From the NCBI GenBank assembly GCA_038321865.1, contig JBBQFH010000012.1:1-64000 (forward strand): a stretch of 64,000 nt of DNA, read 5' to 3'. Position 1 is the first letter of the stretch. Every line of letters begins with the position of its first letter. The notes under the pieces are model-generated. The model was not told the DNA's origin. It was given only the letters and a program-made list of their open reading frames with translations, and searched no databases. Made by a program: the position numbers and the translations under genes. The DNA is from Gemmatimonadales bacterium. GTDB lineage: Bacteria > Gemmatimonadota > Gemmatimonadetes > Gemmatimonadales > GWC2-71-9. Below are positions 1 through 11,246 of this stretch, in pieces.

Positions 1-2
1 CG

Positions 3-110
3 ATCCTGACGCAGCTCGTCGCGCCGGCACGTGACACGCTGGGGCCCGAAGCGGCGGAAGCGGTGGCGCTGGCAGTGCGAGGGGCGAAGGAGCGGCTGCG
101 GAAGGCGTGA
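3..110 (+). CDS. 3' end of an unidentified gene running in from the left edge
   Basis: Open frame ILTQLVAPARDTLGPEAAEAVALAVRGAKERLRKA* ending at TGA 108-110, with GC3-rich codons. Confidence 0.5.
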   Translation: MLTQLVAPARDTLGPEAAEAVALAVRGAKERLRKA

Positions 111-149
111 AGCGGCGGGCAGAGAGTGGGGGCCGGGTGGCCCCCGCGG

Positions 150-611
150 TCAGCGGTCGTTCCGGCGGATCGGCACCAGCGTGTTGGTGGAGTCATGCGC
201 GCGCTTGGCGCGCGCGGCAAAGGCGCTGTCGGCACCCGGCACGGCGCCGGAGACTTCAATCCGGGTCACCTTGCCGGCGGGGGTCATGCGGACCCACATC
301 GGGTGACCGGGCTGCTCGGCGTACAGTGCGATCCCGCCGTCGGCCTGCTTCGTGTCGCTGATCAGCTGCCACTTGCCGCCGGTGAAGACGCCGCGGTAAT
401 AGTCGGCGATGACGTCCATCGCCACCGGACTCTGGAACACCAGCTGCAAGGCATCGGTACTGCCGCTCCGCCCGATGAGCTCGGCGTTCGGCGGCAGCGG
501 CAGGTCGGGCATCGCGGCGCCCAGGTCCGGCGTCTTCGCCTTCTCGGCGGCTGGCTTGCACGCGGCAAGCGCGAGGAGGACGATCAGCGGCGGCACGGGA
601 ATGGATCGCAT
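150..611 (-). CDS. Hypothetical lipoprotein
   Basis: Signal peptide with lipobox LAAC; preceded by a sigma70-like promoter. Confidence 0.8.
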   Translation of the reverse strand: MRSIPVPPLIVLLALAACKPAAEKAKTPDLGAAMPDLPLPPNAELIGRSGSTDALQLVFQSPVAMDVIADYYRGVFTGGKWQLISDTKQADGGIALYAEQPGHPMWVRMTPAGKVTRIEVSGAVPGADSAFAARAKRAHDSTNTLVPIRRNDR

Positions 612-620
612 AGGGGAGGG

Positions 621-649
621 AGACTAGCGGCGCGCTCCTGAGCGGTCAA
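621..649 (-). promoter_or_regulatory. Putative sigma70 promoter for the lipoprotein gene
   Basis: TTGACC (649-644), 17 nt, TAGTCT (626-621) on the - strand. Confidence 0.5.
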
Positions 650-656
650 CCCGGCG

Positions 657-685
657 TTGGCATCGAGGGGCGGACCGGCTATTTT
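657..685 (+). promoter_or_regulatory. Putative sigma70 promoter for the yebC-ruv superoperon
   Basis: TTGGCA (657-662), 17 nt, TATTTT (680-685). Confidence 0.4.
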
Positions 686-758
686 TGCCAGCAATCGCGA
701 CCGGGATAACCCGACCGCCGCCCCCGCCACAACCCCAGACGCGGCAAGGAGTTCGGCC

Positions 759-1508
759 ATGGCCGGACACAGCAAGTGGAAGCAGATCAAGCGCAAGAAG
801 GCGATCACCGACTCCAAGCGCGCCTCCTCATGGACCAAAGTCATCCGTGAAATCACCGTCGCGTCCAAGGCCGGCGGCGGCGACCCCGGCGGCAACCCGC
901 GCCTGCGCACCGCGATCGACGCGGCGCAGGCGGTCAACATGCCCAAGGAGAACATCGAGCGCGCCGTGAAGAAGGGCACCGGCGAGCTCGAGGGCAGCGC
1001 CTACGAGGAGCTGACCTACGAGGGGTACGGTCCCGGCGGCGCCGCCATCTTCATCGAGGCCACGACGGACAACCCCAATCGCACCGTGGCCGAAATTCGC
1101 CACGCCTTCAGCCGGAACGGCGGCAACCTCGGCGCGACCGGGTCGGTGGGCTGGATGTTCGACAAGAAGGGTCAGATCTATCTCGATGCGACCCGGTACG
1201 ACGAAGATGCGACCATGGAACAGGCGCTCGACTCCGGGGCCGAGGATTTCCTGCGCGAAGGCGACCAGTACATCGTCTCGACGACGCCGGGTACGTTCCA
1301 CGCGGTGCAGGATGCGCTTCGGGCCCGGAAGATCGCCATCGATTCCGCCGAGCTCGCGATGGTGCCCCGGAACACCGTCAAGGTCGAGGGCGCCGATGCC
1401 GAGGGAATCCTCCACCTGATGGAAGTGCTCGAAGAGCTCGACGACGTGTCCAAGGTCTTCTCCAACTTCGACATCGACACCGCGCAGCTGGCTGAGGCGG
1501 GGGCCTGA
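759..1508 (+). CDS. yebC: YebC/PmpR family protein
   Basis: MAGHSKW N-terminus, NPRLR, YEGYGPGG and TDNPNRT motifs; AAGGAG SD before ATG 759; typical position before ruvC. Confidence 0.97.
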   Translation: MAGHSKWKQIKRKKAITDSKRASSWTKVIREITVASKAGGGDPGGNPRLRTAIDAAQAVNMPKENIERAVKKGTGELEGSAYEELTYEGYGPGGAAIFIEATTDNPNRTVAEIRHAFSRNGGNLGATGSVGWMFDKKGQIYLDATRYDEDATMEQALDSGAEDFLREGDQYIVSTTPGTFHAVQDALRARKIAIDSAELAMVPRNTVKVEGADAEGILHLMEVLEELDDVSKVFSNFDIDTAQLAEAGA

Positions 1509-1521
1509 CGGTGCCGCGCCC

Positions 1522-2034
1522 GTGAGGGTGCTCGGCATCGACCCCGGCACGGCCATCCTGGGTTACGGCGTGGTGGACTCCGCGCCCGGCCTCCCGGGGA
1601 GGCTGGTCGAGTGCGGGATTCTCCAGACCCGCGCGCGCGATCCGCTGCCGGCCCGCCTGCGCATGCTCCACGACGGCGTCACCGAGCTCATCAGCCGGCA
1701 TCATCCGGACGCCGTCGCGGTGGAGGCCTCCTTCTACGGCAAGAACGTCCGCACGACGATGGTCCTGAGTCATGCGCGCGGCGTCATACTCCTCGCCGCC
1801 GAACAGGCGGGCATTCCGATCGAGGAGTATTCGCCCGCGATGGTGAAGAAGGCGATCGTCGGCCGGGGCGGGGCGCTCAAGCCGCAGGTGGGATACATGG
1901 TCGCGCAGCTGCTTCGGCTCCGTGCGGCGCCCTCGCCCGCCGATGCCGCGGATGGCGTCGCCATCGCCCTCACGCACCTGATGATGGCCGGCCGCCGCCC
2001 GCGCCTGGCCGCGACCGCGGCCGGCGCGCGATGA
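1522..2034 (+). CDS. ruvC: Holliday junction resolvase RuvC
   Basis: LGIDPG, ARGV, VKKAIVG and DAADGVAIA motifs. Confidence 0.96.
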   Translation: MRVLGIDPGTAILGYGVVDSAPGLPGRLVECGILQTRARDPLPARLRMLHDGVTELISRHHPDAVAVEASFYGKNVRTTMVLSHARGVILLAAEQAGIPIEEYSPAMVKKAIVGRGGALKPQVGYMVAQLLRLRAAPSPADAADGVAIALTHLMMAGRRPRLAATAAGAR

Positions 2035-2630
2035 TCGCCACCGTCGCGGGCACGCTCGCCGATCGCGGGAGCGAAACGGTGCTGGTGCAGACTGACGGCG
2101 GCGTGGGCTATGCCGTGACCGTGCCGATCGGCGTGTTCGGCCGCCTGCCCGCCGAGGGGGCGCGCGTGCTGCTCTACACGGAGCTGGTGGTGAAAGAGGA
2201 TGGTTGGGCGCTGTTCGGCTTCGACCAGCCGGGCGAGCGCACCGTATTCCAGCGGCTGCTGAGCGCCAGCGGGTTCGGGCCCAAGCTCGCGCTCGCCACC
2301 CTGTCGGCGCTCGGTCCCGAGCGGACCGTGCGCAGCATCCGCGAGCGCGATCTCGCCGCGCTGAGCAGCGTCACCGGCATCGGGCGCAAGAAGGCCGAGC
2401 GGCTGGTGCTCGAGCTGCAGGACCGCTTCACCGATTTCGCGCTCAACCCGGCGATGCCGCGCTCCGTGGCGGGGGATGACGCCATTCGCGCGCTGGTCGC
2501 GCTGGGCTATCCGCTGGGCGCCGCCGACGACGCCGTCCGCGCGGGCCTCGCGTCCGCCCCGGGAGACGACACCGCAGGTCTCGTGCGGCGGGCGCTCCAG
2601 CTGCTCGCCGCCTCACGCGCTGGGAGATGA
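2031..2630 (+). CDS. ruvA: Holliday junction branch migration protein RuvA
   Basis: MIATVAG start overlapping the ruvC stop (ATGA); GVGY, LFGF, SGFGPKLA, GIGRKKAERLVLEL and ALVALGY motifs. Confidence 0.96.
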   Translation: MIATVAGTLADRGSETVLVQTDGGVGYAVTVPIGVFGRLPAEGARVLLYTELVVKEDGWALFGFDQPGERTVFQRLLSASGFGPKLALATLSALGPERTVRSIRERDLAALSSVTGIGRKKAERLVLELQDRFTDFALNPAMPRSVAGDDAIRALVALGYPLGAADDAVRAGLASAPGDDTAGLVRRALQLLAASRAGR

Positions 2631-2637
2631 CATCCGG

Positions 2638-2814
2638 ATGACCGTTGCCGCCGCCACCGCCGAATGGGTCTGCACCCGCTGCGGGTCCACCAACCGCAAG
2701 CTCGTCCCGGCCGACAGCGACCGCGTGCTCGATCGCTGCGTCACCTGCGGGGCACGCCATGTGATCGAGCCCGGCTCGCGCCCGGTGCGCTGGAGCGCCC
2801 GGCTGGATGACTGA
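2638..2814 (+). CDS. 58-aa zinc-ribbon-like microprotein
   Basis: [19 protein letters not shown]...[10 protein letters not shown]; two CxxC motifs; fills the ruvA-ruvB gap and overlaps the ruvB start. Confidence 0.75.
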   Translation: MTVAAATAEWVCTRCGSTNRKLVPADSDRVLDRCVTCGARHVIEPGSRPVRWSARLDD

Positions 2815-3835
2815 GCTGCAGGTCACGACGCCGGACGAGCTGCCCGATGAACGGGGCATCGACACCGCGCTGCGGCCGGCGCGGCTGGCGGAGTTCGTGG
2901 GCCAGCCGCAGGTCAAGAGCTCGCTGCAGATCGCGATCGACGCCGCCAGGGGGCGCCGCGAAACCCTCGATCACACCCTCTTCTTCGGCCCGCCCGGACT
3001 GGGCAAGACCACGCTCGCCATGCTGATGGCGAAGGAGATGGGCGTGGAGCTCCGGACCACCTCCGGGCCGGTGCTGGAGAAGCCCGGCGATCTCGTCGGG
3101 CTGCTCACCGGCCTCGGCCCCGGCGACATCCTCTTCATCGACGAGATCCACCGGATGAAGCCGGCGCTCGAGGAGTTCCTCTATTCGGCCATGGAGGACT
3201 TCCGGATCGACGTGCGCATCGGCGAAGGGCCCAACGCCCAAACGGTGCCGATGGCGCTGGAGCGGTTCACCCTCATCGGCGCGACGACGCGGTTCGGCCT
3301 GCTCACGCCGCCGATGCGGGCACGCTTCGGGATCGTCGAGCGGCTCAACTTCTACTCCCCCGACGACCTGGCGCAGATTCTCGAGCGGTCGGCGCGGATC
3401 ATGAACGTGCCGATGGAGCCGGCCGGCGCGGTCGAGCTCGCCCGGCGCAGCCGGGGAACGCCGCGGGTGGCCAACCGGCTGCTGCGCCGCGTTCGGGACT
3501 ACGCCGAGGTCAAGGCGGACGGGCGGATCACCGCGCAGGTGGCGAGCGACGCCCTGGCGCGGCTCAACGTGGACGAGTTCGGGCTCGACGACATGGACGC
3601 CCGCATCCTCACCACGATCATCGAGAAGTTCGGCGGCGGGCCCGTCGGCCTCGGCACTGTGGCGATCGCGGTCGGCGAGGACGCCGGCACCCTCCAGGAT
3701 GTCTACGAGCCCTACCTGATCCAGCAGGGCTTTCTCGAGCGCACCCAGCGCGGCCGCTGCGCCACCGCGCTCGCCTACCAGCGGTTCGGCCTCACCCCGC
3801 CCACCGATCGCCAGGCGACGATCTTTGACCGCTGA
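2807..3835 (+). CDS. ruvB: Holliday junction branch migration helicase RuvB
   Basis: [29 protein letters not shown] and EPYLIQ motifs. Confidence 0.98.
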   Translation: MTELQVTTPDELPDERGIDTALRPARLAEFVGQPQVKSSLQIAIDAARGRRETLDHTLFFGPPGLGKTTLAMLMAKEMGVELRTTSGPVLEKPGDLVGLLTGLGPGDILFIDEIHRMKPALEEFLYSAMEDFRIDVRIGEGPNAQTVPMALERFTLIGATTRFGLLTPPMRARFGIVERLNFYSPDDLAQILERSARIMNVPMEPAGAVELARRSRGTPRVANRLLRRVRDYAEVKADGRITAQVASDALARLNVDEFGLDDMDARILTTIIEKFGGGPVGLGTVAIAVGEDAGTLQDVYEPYLIQQGFLERTQRGRCATALAYQRFGLTPPTDRQATIFDR

Positions 3836-4870
3836 GCCGGCCGGCGTCATGTACCCGACATCCGCGTTCGCCTACGAGCTTCCCCCCGAGCTGATCGCGC
3901 AGGAACCGCCGGCGGAGCGCGGCACCAGCCGATTGCTGGTGCTCGAGCGCGACGTGCCGGCGCTCAGCGATCGCGCCTTCCCCGATCTCGTCGGCCTGAT
4001 CCCCGCCGGCGATCTCCTGGTCCTCAACAGCACCCGCGTGCGGCACGCGCGCCTTCTCGGTACGCGGCCCTCGGGTGCGCCGGCGGAAGTGCTGCTGCTG
4101 CACCCCGGCACCGGTGATACCTGGCTGGCCATGGGCAAGCCGGGCAGCGCACTCCGCCCCGGCAAGCAGGTGCTGCTGGGGGACGGGATCGCCATCGAGA
4201 CGATCACGGTGGGGGATGACGGTCACCGCGTCGTCCGCTTCGTCGGCGGTGACGCGGCCACCGCGATCGCCCGATTCGGCCGGCTGCCGCTGCCACCCTA
4301 TATCCGCCGGGATCCGGACGCGCGCGACGAAGGCCGCTATCAGACGGTCTACGCCGACCGCGAAGGCAGCGTCGCCGCGCCGACCGCCGGCCTCCACTTC
4401 ACGCCCGACATCCTCTCGGCACTCGAGCGGCGCGGCGTCGAGATCGTGCGGCTCGACCTCGAGGTCGGCCCCGGCACCTTCAAGCCGGTCGAATCGGAAG
4501 ATCCCGCCACGCACGTCATGCACCGCGAGCGCTACGACATCCCCCGCGCCGTCGCCGACGCGGTGCAGCGCACGCGGGAGTCCGGGGCCCGTGTCTGGGC
4601 CGCGGGCACCACCGTGGTCCGCGCCCTCGAGAGCGCGACGAACGAGGATGGGACCGTCGCATCAGGTATCGCCGAGACGGCACTGCTCATCACGCCGGGA
4701 TTCCGGTTCCGGGTGGTGGATCGGCTGCTCACCAATTTTCACCTGCCCCGCTCCACCCTCCTCATGCTGGTCAGCGCGTTCGCCGGCCATGACCAGACCA
4801 TGGCGGCCTACCGCCACGCCGTGGCGGCGCGCTACCGATTCTACTCCTACGGCGACGCGATGCTGATCAC

Positions 4871-4874
<4 letters not shown>
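3825..4874 (+). CDS. queA: S-adenosylmethionine:tRNA ribosyltransferase-isomerase QueA
   Basis: [34 protein letters not shown] and YSYGDAM motifs; alternative start ATG 3849. Confidence 0.97.
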
Positions 4875-6861
<1,987 letters not shown>

Positions 6862-6865
<4 letters not shown>

Positions 6866-7398
6866 GCCTGTTGAAGCTGCACCTGCTGGGCTCGCCTGTG
6901 CTGCGCCAGCGAAGCGCGGAGATCACGGCCGTCACCGATGAGGTCCGGCGCACCGTCGCCGATCTCTTCGAGACGATGGACGCGGCGAGGGGTGTGGGGC
7001 TGGCCGCGAATCAGGTGGGCCTGGCACAGCGCATCGCCGTGATCGACGCGGATGGGCAGCGCTTCGCCATGATCAACCCGGTCATCGGCGAGGTCGAAGG
7101 TCGGGATACGGCGGAGGAGGGCTGCCTCTCCATCCCCGACATTTTCGCCGACGTCACCCGCCCCGAGCGCGTCACGCTCGAGGCGCTGGATGCCGACGGA
7201 CAGCCGTTCCGGCTCGAGGTCGGCGGCCTCGCCGCCCGCGCCATCCAGCACGAGATCGACCATCTCGACGGCATCGTCTTCCTCGACCACCTGGGCCCCA
7301 TCAAGCGGAAGATGCTGCTCGCCCGCTGGAAGAAGGAGCATCGCCACGATCGCAGCTACGTCAAGGAGGTCACGCCGGAGGCCGCCAAGGCGGAGTAG
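6862..7398 (+). CDS. def: Peptide deformylase
   Basis: GVGLAANQVG, EGCLS and QHEIDHLDG motifs. Confidence 0.97.
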
Positions 7399-8325
7399 AT
7401 GCGGATCGCCTTCTTCGGAACTCCCAGCTTCGCCGCGCGCGCCCTCGCGGCCCTGCTGCGCGAAGGACATGAGGTCGTCGGTGTGGTGACCCAGCCCGAC
7501 CGCCCGCACGGCCGTTCCCGCTCCACCCTCGTTCCCCCGCCCGTCAAGCTGCTCGCCGAGAGCGCCGGCCTGCCCGTGCTGCAGCCCGAGCGGCCGGTCG
7601 GTGACGTGTTCCTGACCAGCCTTCACCGGCTGGACGCGACGCTGGGTGTCGTCGTCGCGTACGGCCACATCCTGCGACCCGAAGTGCTTGCGGTGCCCCC
7701 GTCCGGCATGATCAACGTGCACGCCTCGCTGCTGCCCCGGCTCCGCGGCGCGGCACCGATTCAGTGGGCCATCGCCAGCGGTGATCATGAAACCGGCGTG
7801 ACCATCATCCAGATGGAAGCCGGCCTCGACAGCGGGCCCATGCTCCACCGGGCGCGCATTCCGATCGGGGTGGACGACACCGGCGGCAGCCTGACCGAGC
7901 GGCTGGCCGACCTGGGCGCCACCGCGCTCGTCGAGGCGCTCGCCTGCTTCGCGGCGGGTGCCGTGACCCCGGAAACTCAGGACCACTCGGCCGCCAGCTT
8001 CGCCCCGAAGATCGACCGGCTCACGGCGCGGATCGACTGGGAAGACGAGGCCGGCACGGTGGCGCGCCGGATCCGGGCATTCGACCCGGCTCCCGGCGCC
8101 TGGACCACACTGGACGGCGCGGAGCTGAAGCTGTTCGGCGCCCACGCAGTGGACGACGAGACCGGGCCCGCCGGCACGGTGCTGCTGACCGACGGCTCGC
8201 TGCGCATCGCGGCCGGCCGCGGCGCCGTCGAAGTGCGCGAGGTGCAGCCGTCAGGCCGCAAACGGATTCCGGTGCAGGACTGGGTGCGCGGACGGGGCGC
8301 CGCGATCGGCGCGCGGTTCGCATGA
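7399..8325 (+). CDS. fmt: Methionyl-tRNA formyltransferase
   Basis: FFGTP, VVTQPDRP, INVHASLLPRLRGAAPI and LDSGP motifs. Confidence 0.97.
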   Translation: MRIAFFGTPSFAARALAALLREGHEVVGVVTQPDRPHGRSRSTLVPPPVKLLAESAGLPVLQPERPVGDVFLTSLHRLDATLGVVVAYGHILRPEVLAVPPSGMINVHASLLPRLRGAAPIQWAIASGDHETGVTIIQMEAGLDSGPMLHRARIPIGVDDTGGSLTERLADLGATALVEALACFAAGAVTPETQDHSAASFAPKIDRLTARIDWEDEAGTVARRIRAFDPAPGAWTTLDGAELKLFGAHAVDDETGPAGTVLLTDGSLRIAAGRGAVEVREVQPSGRKRIPVQDWVRGRGAAIGARFA

Positions 8326-8942
8326 GACCGCTGCCCCGTCTCCACGCCATCACCGACGCCGCCGTGCTCGCGCTGGATGACTTCGGGATTCGCGCGGCGG
8401 CGGTCGCCGCCGCGGGATCGGGCGTGGCGCTGCATGCACGGAACCGGTCGGCGGGAGGCGCCGCGCTCGCCGCCGCGGCCGCGCGGATCGTCGCGCTGGC
8501 GCGCCCGCCCGAGGCGCTCGTGCTGGTGAGCGGCCGCCCCGACATCGCCGCCGCCTGCCACGCGCATGGCGTCCAGCTGTCGGCCGGCGATCTCGCTCCG
8601 GGGGATGCGCGCCGGATCTGCGGTGGCTGGATCGGCCGCTCGGTACATTCGGCCGACGGGGCCAGGGCCGCTGCCGCCGAGGGCGCCGACTTCGTGATCG
8701 CCGGCAACATCTACGACACGCCGAGCCATCCCGGCCGGCCCGGTCAGGGCATCGGACTGATCGAGGCGTGCATGGGTGCGGGGCTGCCGGTAATCGCCAT
8801 CGGCGGCATGACGCCGGCACGCGCACGTACGGCGCGCGACGCCGGCGCGTGGGGCGTCGCGGCGATCTCCGCCCTCTGGGGCGCGCCCGATGCGGCGGCC
8901 GCCGCGCTCGCGTTTCTCGAGCCGTGGCTGGAGCTGCAATGA
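8322..8942 (+). CDS. Thiamine phosphate synthase/TenI family protein (TenI-like rather than canonical ThiE)
   Basis: LHAITD, GVQL, IGRSVHS and PVIAIGGMTP; lacks the ThiE QxRxK and NDR motifs; directly upstream of thiS-thiG. Confidence 0.8.
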   Translation: MRPLPRLHAITDAAVLALDDFGIRAAAVAAAGSGVALHARNRSAGGAALAAAAARIVALARPPEALVLVSGRPDIAAACHAHGVQLSAGDLAPGDARRICGGWIGRSVHSADGARAAAAEGADFVIAGNIYDTPSHPGRPGQGIGLIEACMGAGLPVIAIGGMTPARARTARDAGAWGVAAISALWGAPDAAAAALAFLEPWLELQ

Positions 8943-9154
8943 GCGACGCCGCGCTCGATATCATCCTGAACGGCGAGCCCCGCCGTGTGCCCGCGCCGGC
9001 CTCGCTCGACGATCTCCTGCGGCACCTCGGTCTCGACGCGCGCACCGTCGTGGTCGAGCTCAATCGCGAGATCGTCCGCCGGCCGATGCTGGCCGCGACG
9101 CCGCTCGCACCCGGCGACGCGGTCGAGCTGGTGCACTTCGTCGGAGGAGGCTGA
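8939..9154 (+). CDS. thiS: Sulfur carrier protein ThiS
   Basis: ILNGE, VELNREIV and C-terminal FVGGG. Confidence 0.95.
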   Translation: MSDAALDIILNGEPRRVPAPASLDDLLRHLGLDARTVVVELNREIVRRPMLAATPLAPGDAVELVHFVGGG

Positions 9155-9156
9155 CC

Positions 9157-9936
9157 ATGCAGTTCGATACCCCGTTCGCGATCGGTAACCGCACCTTCCG
9201 CTCGCGGCTCATGGTCGGGACCGGCAAGTACCGGAGCAACGCCGACATGGTCGGCGCGCTCGAGGCGTCCGGCGCGGAAGTCGTGACAGTGGCCGTACGC
9301 CGGGTAGACCTCGACCGCGCCAACACCGACGGCGTGCTGCACCATCTCGACCCCAGGCGCTGGTTTCTCCTGGCCAATACCGCCGGCTGCTATTCGGCCG
9401 ACGAGGCGGTGCGCTACGCGCGCCTCGGCCGCGAGGCCGGCTTCAACGATTTCGTCAAGCTCGAGGTCATCGGCGACCAGGAGACGCTGCTTCCCGATGC
9501 GGAAGGGCTCGTGGCGGCCACGCGCACCCTCGCGGCCGAGGGCTTCATTGTGCTGGCCTACACCAACGACGATCTGATCACCGCACTGCGGCTGCAGGAC
9601 GCCGGCGCCGCGGCCATCATGCCGCTCGCGTCACCCATCGGGAGCGGTCTCGGCCTGCTCAATCCCTACAGCATCCGCACCATCAAGCGGCGGCTCCAGG
9701 TTCCGGTCATCGTCGACGCCGGCGTCGGCACGGCGTCGGATGCCTGCCTCACGATGGAGCAGGGCGTGGATGGCATCCTGATGAACACGGCGCTGGCCGA
9801 GGCGGCCGAGCCGCAGGTGATGGCGCATGCGATGCGGCTGGCGGTCGAGGCCGGCCGGGCGGCATATCTGGCCGGCCGGATGCCGCGGCGGGAGGTGGCC
9901 ATGCCGTCGAGCCCGATCCGAGGAATGCTGTCGTAG
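9157..9936 (+). CDS. thiG: Thiazole synthase ThiG
   Basis: SRLMVGTGKY, NTAGC, VKLEVIGD, MPLASPIGSGLG and VDAGVG motifs. Confidence 0.97.
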   Translation: MQFDTPFAIGNRTFRSRLMVGTGKYRSNADMVGALEASGAEVVTVAVRRVDLDRANTDGVLHHLDPRRWFLLANTAGCYSADEAVRYARLGREAGFNDFVKLEVIGDQETLLPDAEGLVAATRTLAAEGFIVLAYTNDDLITALRLQDAGAAAIMPLASPIGSGLGLLNPYSIRTIKRRLQVPVIVDAGVGTASDACLTMEQGVDGILMNTALAEAAEPQVMAHAMRLAVEAGRAAYLAGRMPRREVAMPSSPIRGMLS

Positions 9937-9959
9937 ACTCGACGCGGGAGGCCGGCGGC

Positions 9960-11246
9960 CTGGGCTCGCGGCGTGCGGCGCTGCAGGTGCTGGAGCGCGT
10001 GCGCAAAGGCGAGCCGTTCGACGCGGCGCTCGATCGCGCGATCGGTCCCCTGCCCGACGACGACCGTCGCCTGGCCCATGAACTCGCGGCGGGAATCCTG
10101 CGCAGCCAGAGCCTGCTCGACGCACGGCTCGCGCCGCTCGTCCCCCGCGGACTGGACGCCGTCGCGCCCGCATTGCGTGACGTGCTGCGGCTCGGCGCCT
10201 ACCAGCTGACCGTGCTGGACCGGATCCCGGCCCACGCCGCCGTGAGCACCAGCGTGGCACTCGGGCGCGATGCCGGCGGGAAGCCTGCGGCCGGCTTCAT
10301 CAACGCCGTGCTGCGTCGGGTCGCCAGCGCGGCCCGCACACCCGCCGTGGCGGCCGACGGCGACGATGCCGCCCGGCTGGCCCGCTCCCACTCGCATCCG
10401 GAGTGGCTGGTCCGGCGCTGGATCGAGCGCTTCGGAAGCGATGGAGCCCGCGCGCTGCTCGAGCGGAACAACACCCGCCCCGCCCTGGTTCTGCAGGGCG
10501 CCCGCGCCTCACTCGATGACCTGCGCCGGCGCTGGGAATCGGGCGGCATCGCCGTCACGCCGGCACCGTACGGCGCCGGACTGACGACCGACCGCACCCG
10601 CCCCGGCGATCTCCCCGGCTTTGCCCAGGGCGACTTCGTGGTGCAGGATCCGGCGCAGGCCCTGGTCGCGTGGTTCGCCGACATGCCGGCCGACGCGATC
10701 GTGTACGATGCGTGCGCGGCGCCGGGCGGCAAGACGATCGCGATCGGCCGCTCGGTGCGCGCGGTCGTCGCCGCCGATGTGAGCCGGGTCCGCGCCAGGC
10801 GGCTGGCGGAGAACGTCGCCCGCGCGGGTTCCGGACGTGAACACGTGGTCGTCGCGGATGCCCGGCGGCCCCCGCTCCGCGATGCTGCCGCCGTGCTGGT
10901 GGACGCACCGTGTCTGGGGACCGGCACCTTCGCCCGTCACCCTGACGCACGCTGGCGGGTGAGCATCGAGGCACTCGCCGTTCTCGCGGAGGCCCAGGCC
11001 GGACTCCTCGAGGCCGCGGCTGCGGCGGTGGGCCCGGGAGGGCTGTTAGTTTACGCCACCTGTTCACTCGAGCCTGAAGAGAATGAGCAGCAGGTCGAAC
11101 GGCTGCTGGCGCGGCACCCCGAGTTCCATCGCGAGCCGTGCGAGGGCTTTCCGGCCGCGCTGGTCTCCGCCAAGGGAGACTTGATGATCCTGCCCCACCG
11201 GCACGGCATGGACGGCGGATACGCGGCGCGGCTGCGGCGCGCGTGA
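9960..11246 (+). CDS. rsmB: 16S rRNA m5C967 methyltransferase RsmB/Sun
   Basis: NusB-like N-domain, SHPEWL, VQD, DACAAPGGKT, DAPC and YATCS motifs; start probably CTG 9960, first conventional start GTG 9987. Confidence 0.93.
   Translation: MGSRRAALQVLERVRKGEPFDAALDRAIGPLPDDDRRLAHELAAGILRSQSLLDARLAPLVPRGLDAVAPALRDVLRLGAYQLTVLDRIPAHAAVSTSVALGRDAGGKPAAGFINAVLRRVASAARTPAVAADGDDAARLARSHSHPEWLVRRWIERFGSDGARALLERNNTRPALVLQGARASLDDLRRRWESGGIAVTPAPYGAGLTTDRTRPGDLPGFAQGDFVVQDPAQALVAWFADMPADAIVYDACAAPGGKTIAIGRSVRAVVAADVSRVRARRLAENVARAGSGREHVVVADARRPPLRDAAAVLVDAPCLGTGTFARHPDARWRVSIEALAVLAEAQAGLLEAAAAAVGPGGLLVYATCSLEPEENEQQVERLLARHPEFHREPCEGFPAALVSAKGDLMILPHRHGMDGGYAARLRRA

Noticed and set aside
1611..2030. 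N-terminal extensions in the ORF track for ruvA, and similarly yebC, yajC, def, thiG, tlpA, tamB, pduO, the reductase and tadB
   Set aside because: They are stop-free read-through of neighbouring genes in GC-rich DNA; family N-termini and start/stop overlaps define shorter genes.
8200..8325. TPP riboswitch ahead of the thiamine genes
   Set aside because: There is no intergenic space (the fmt stop overlaps the next start) and no recognisable TPP aptamer core.
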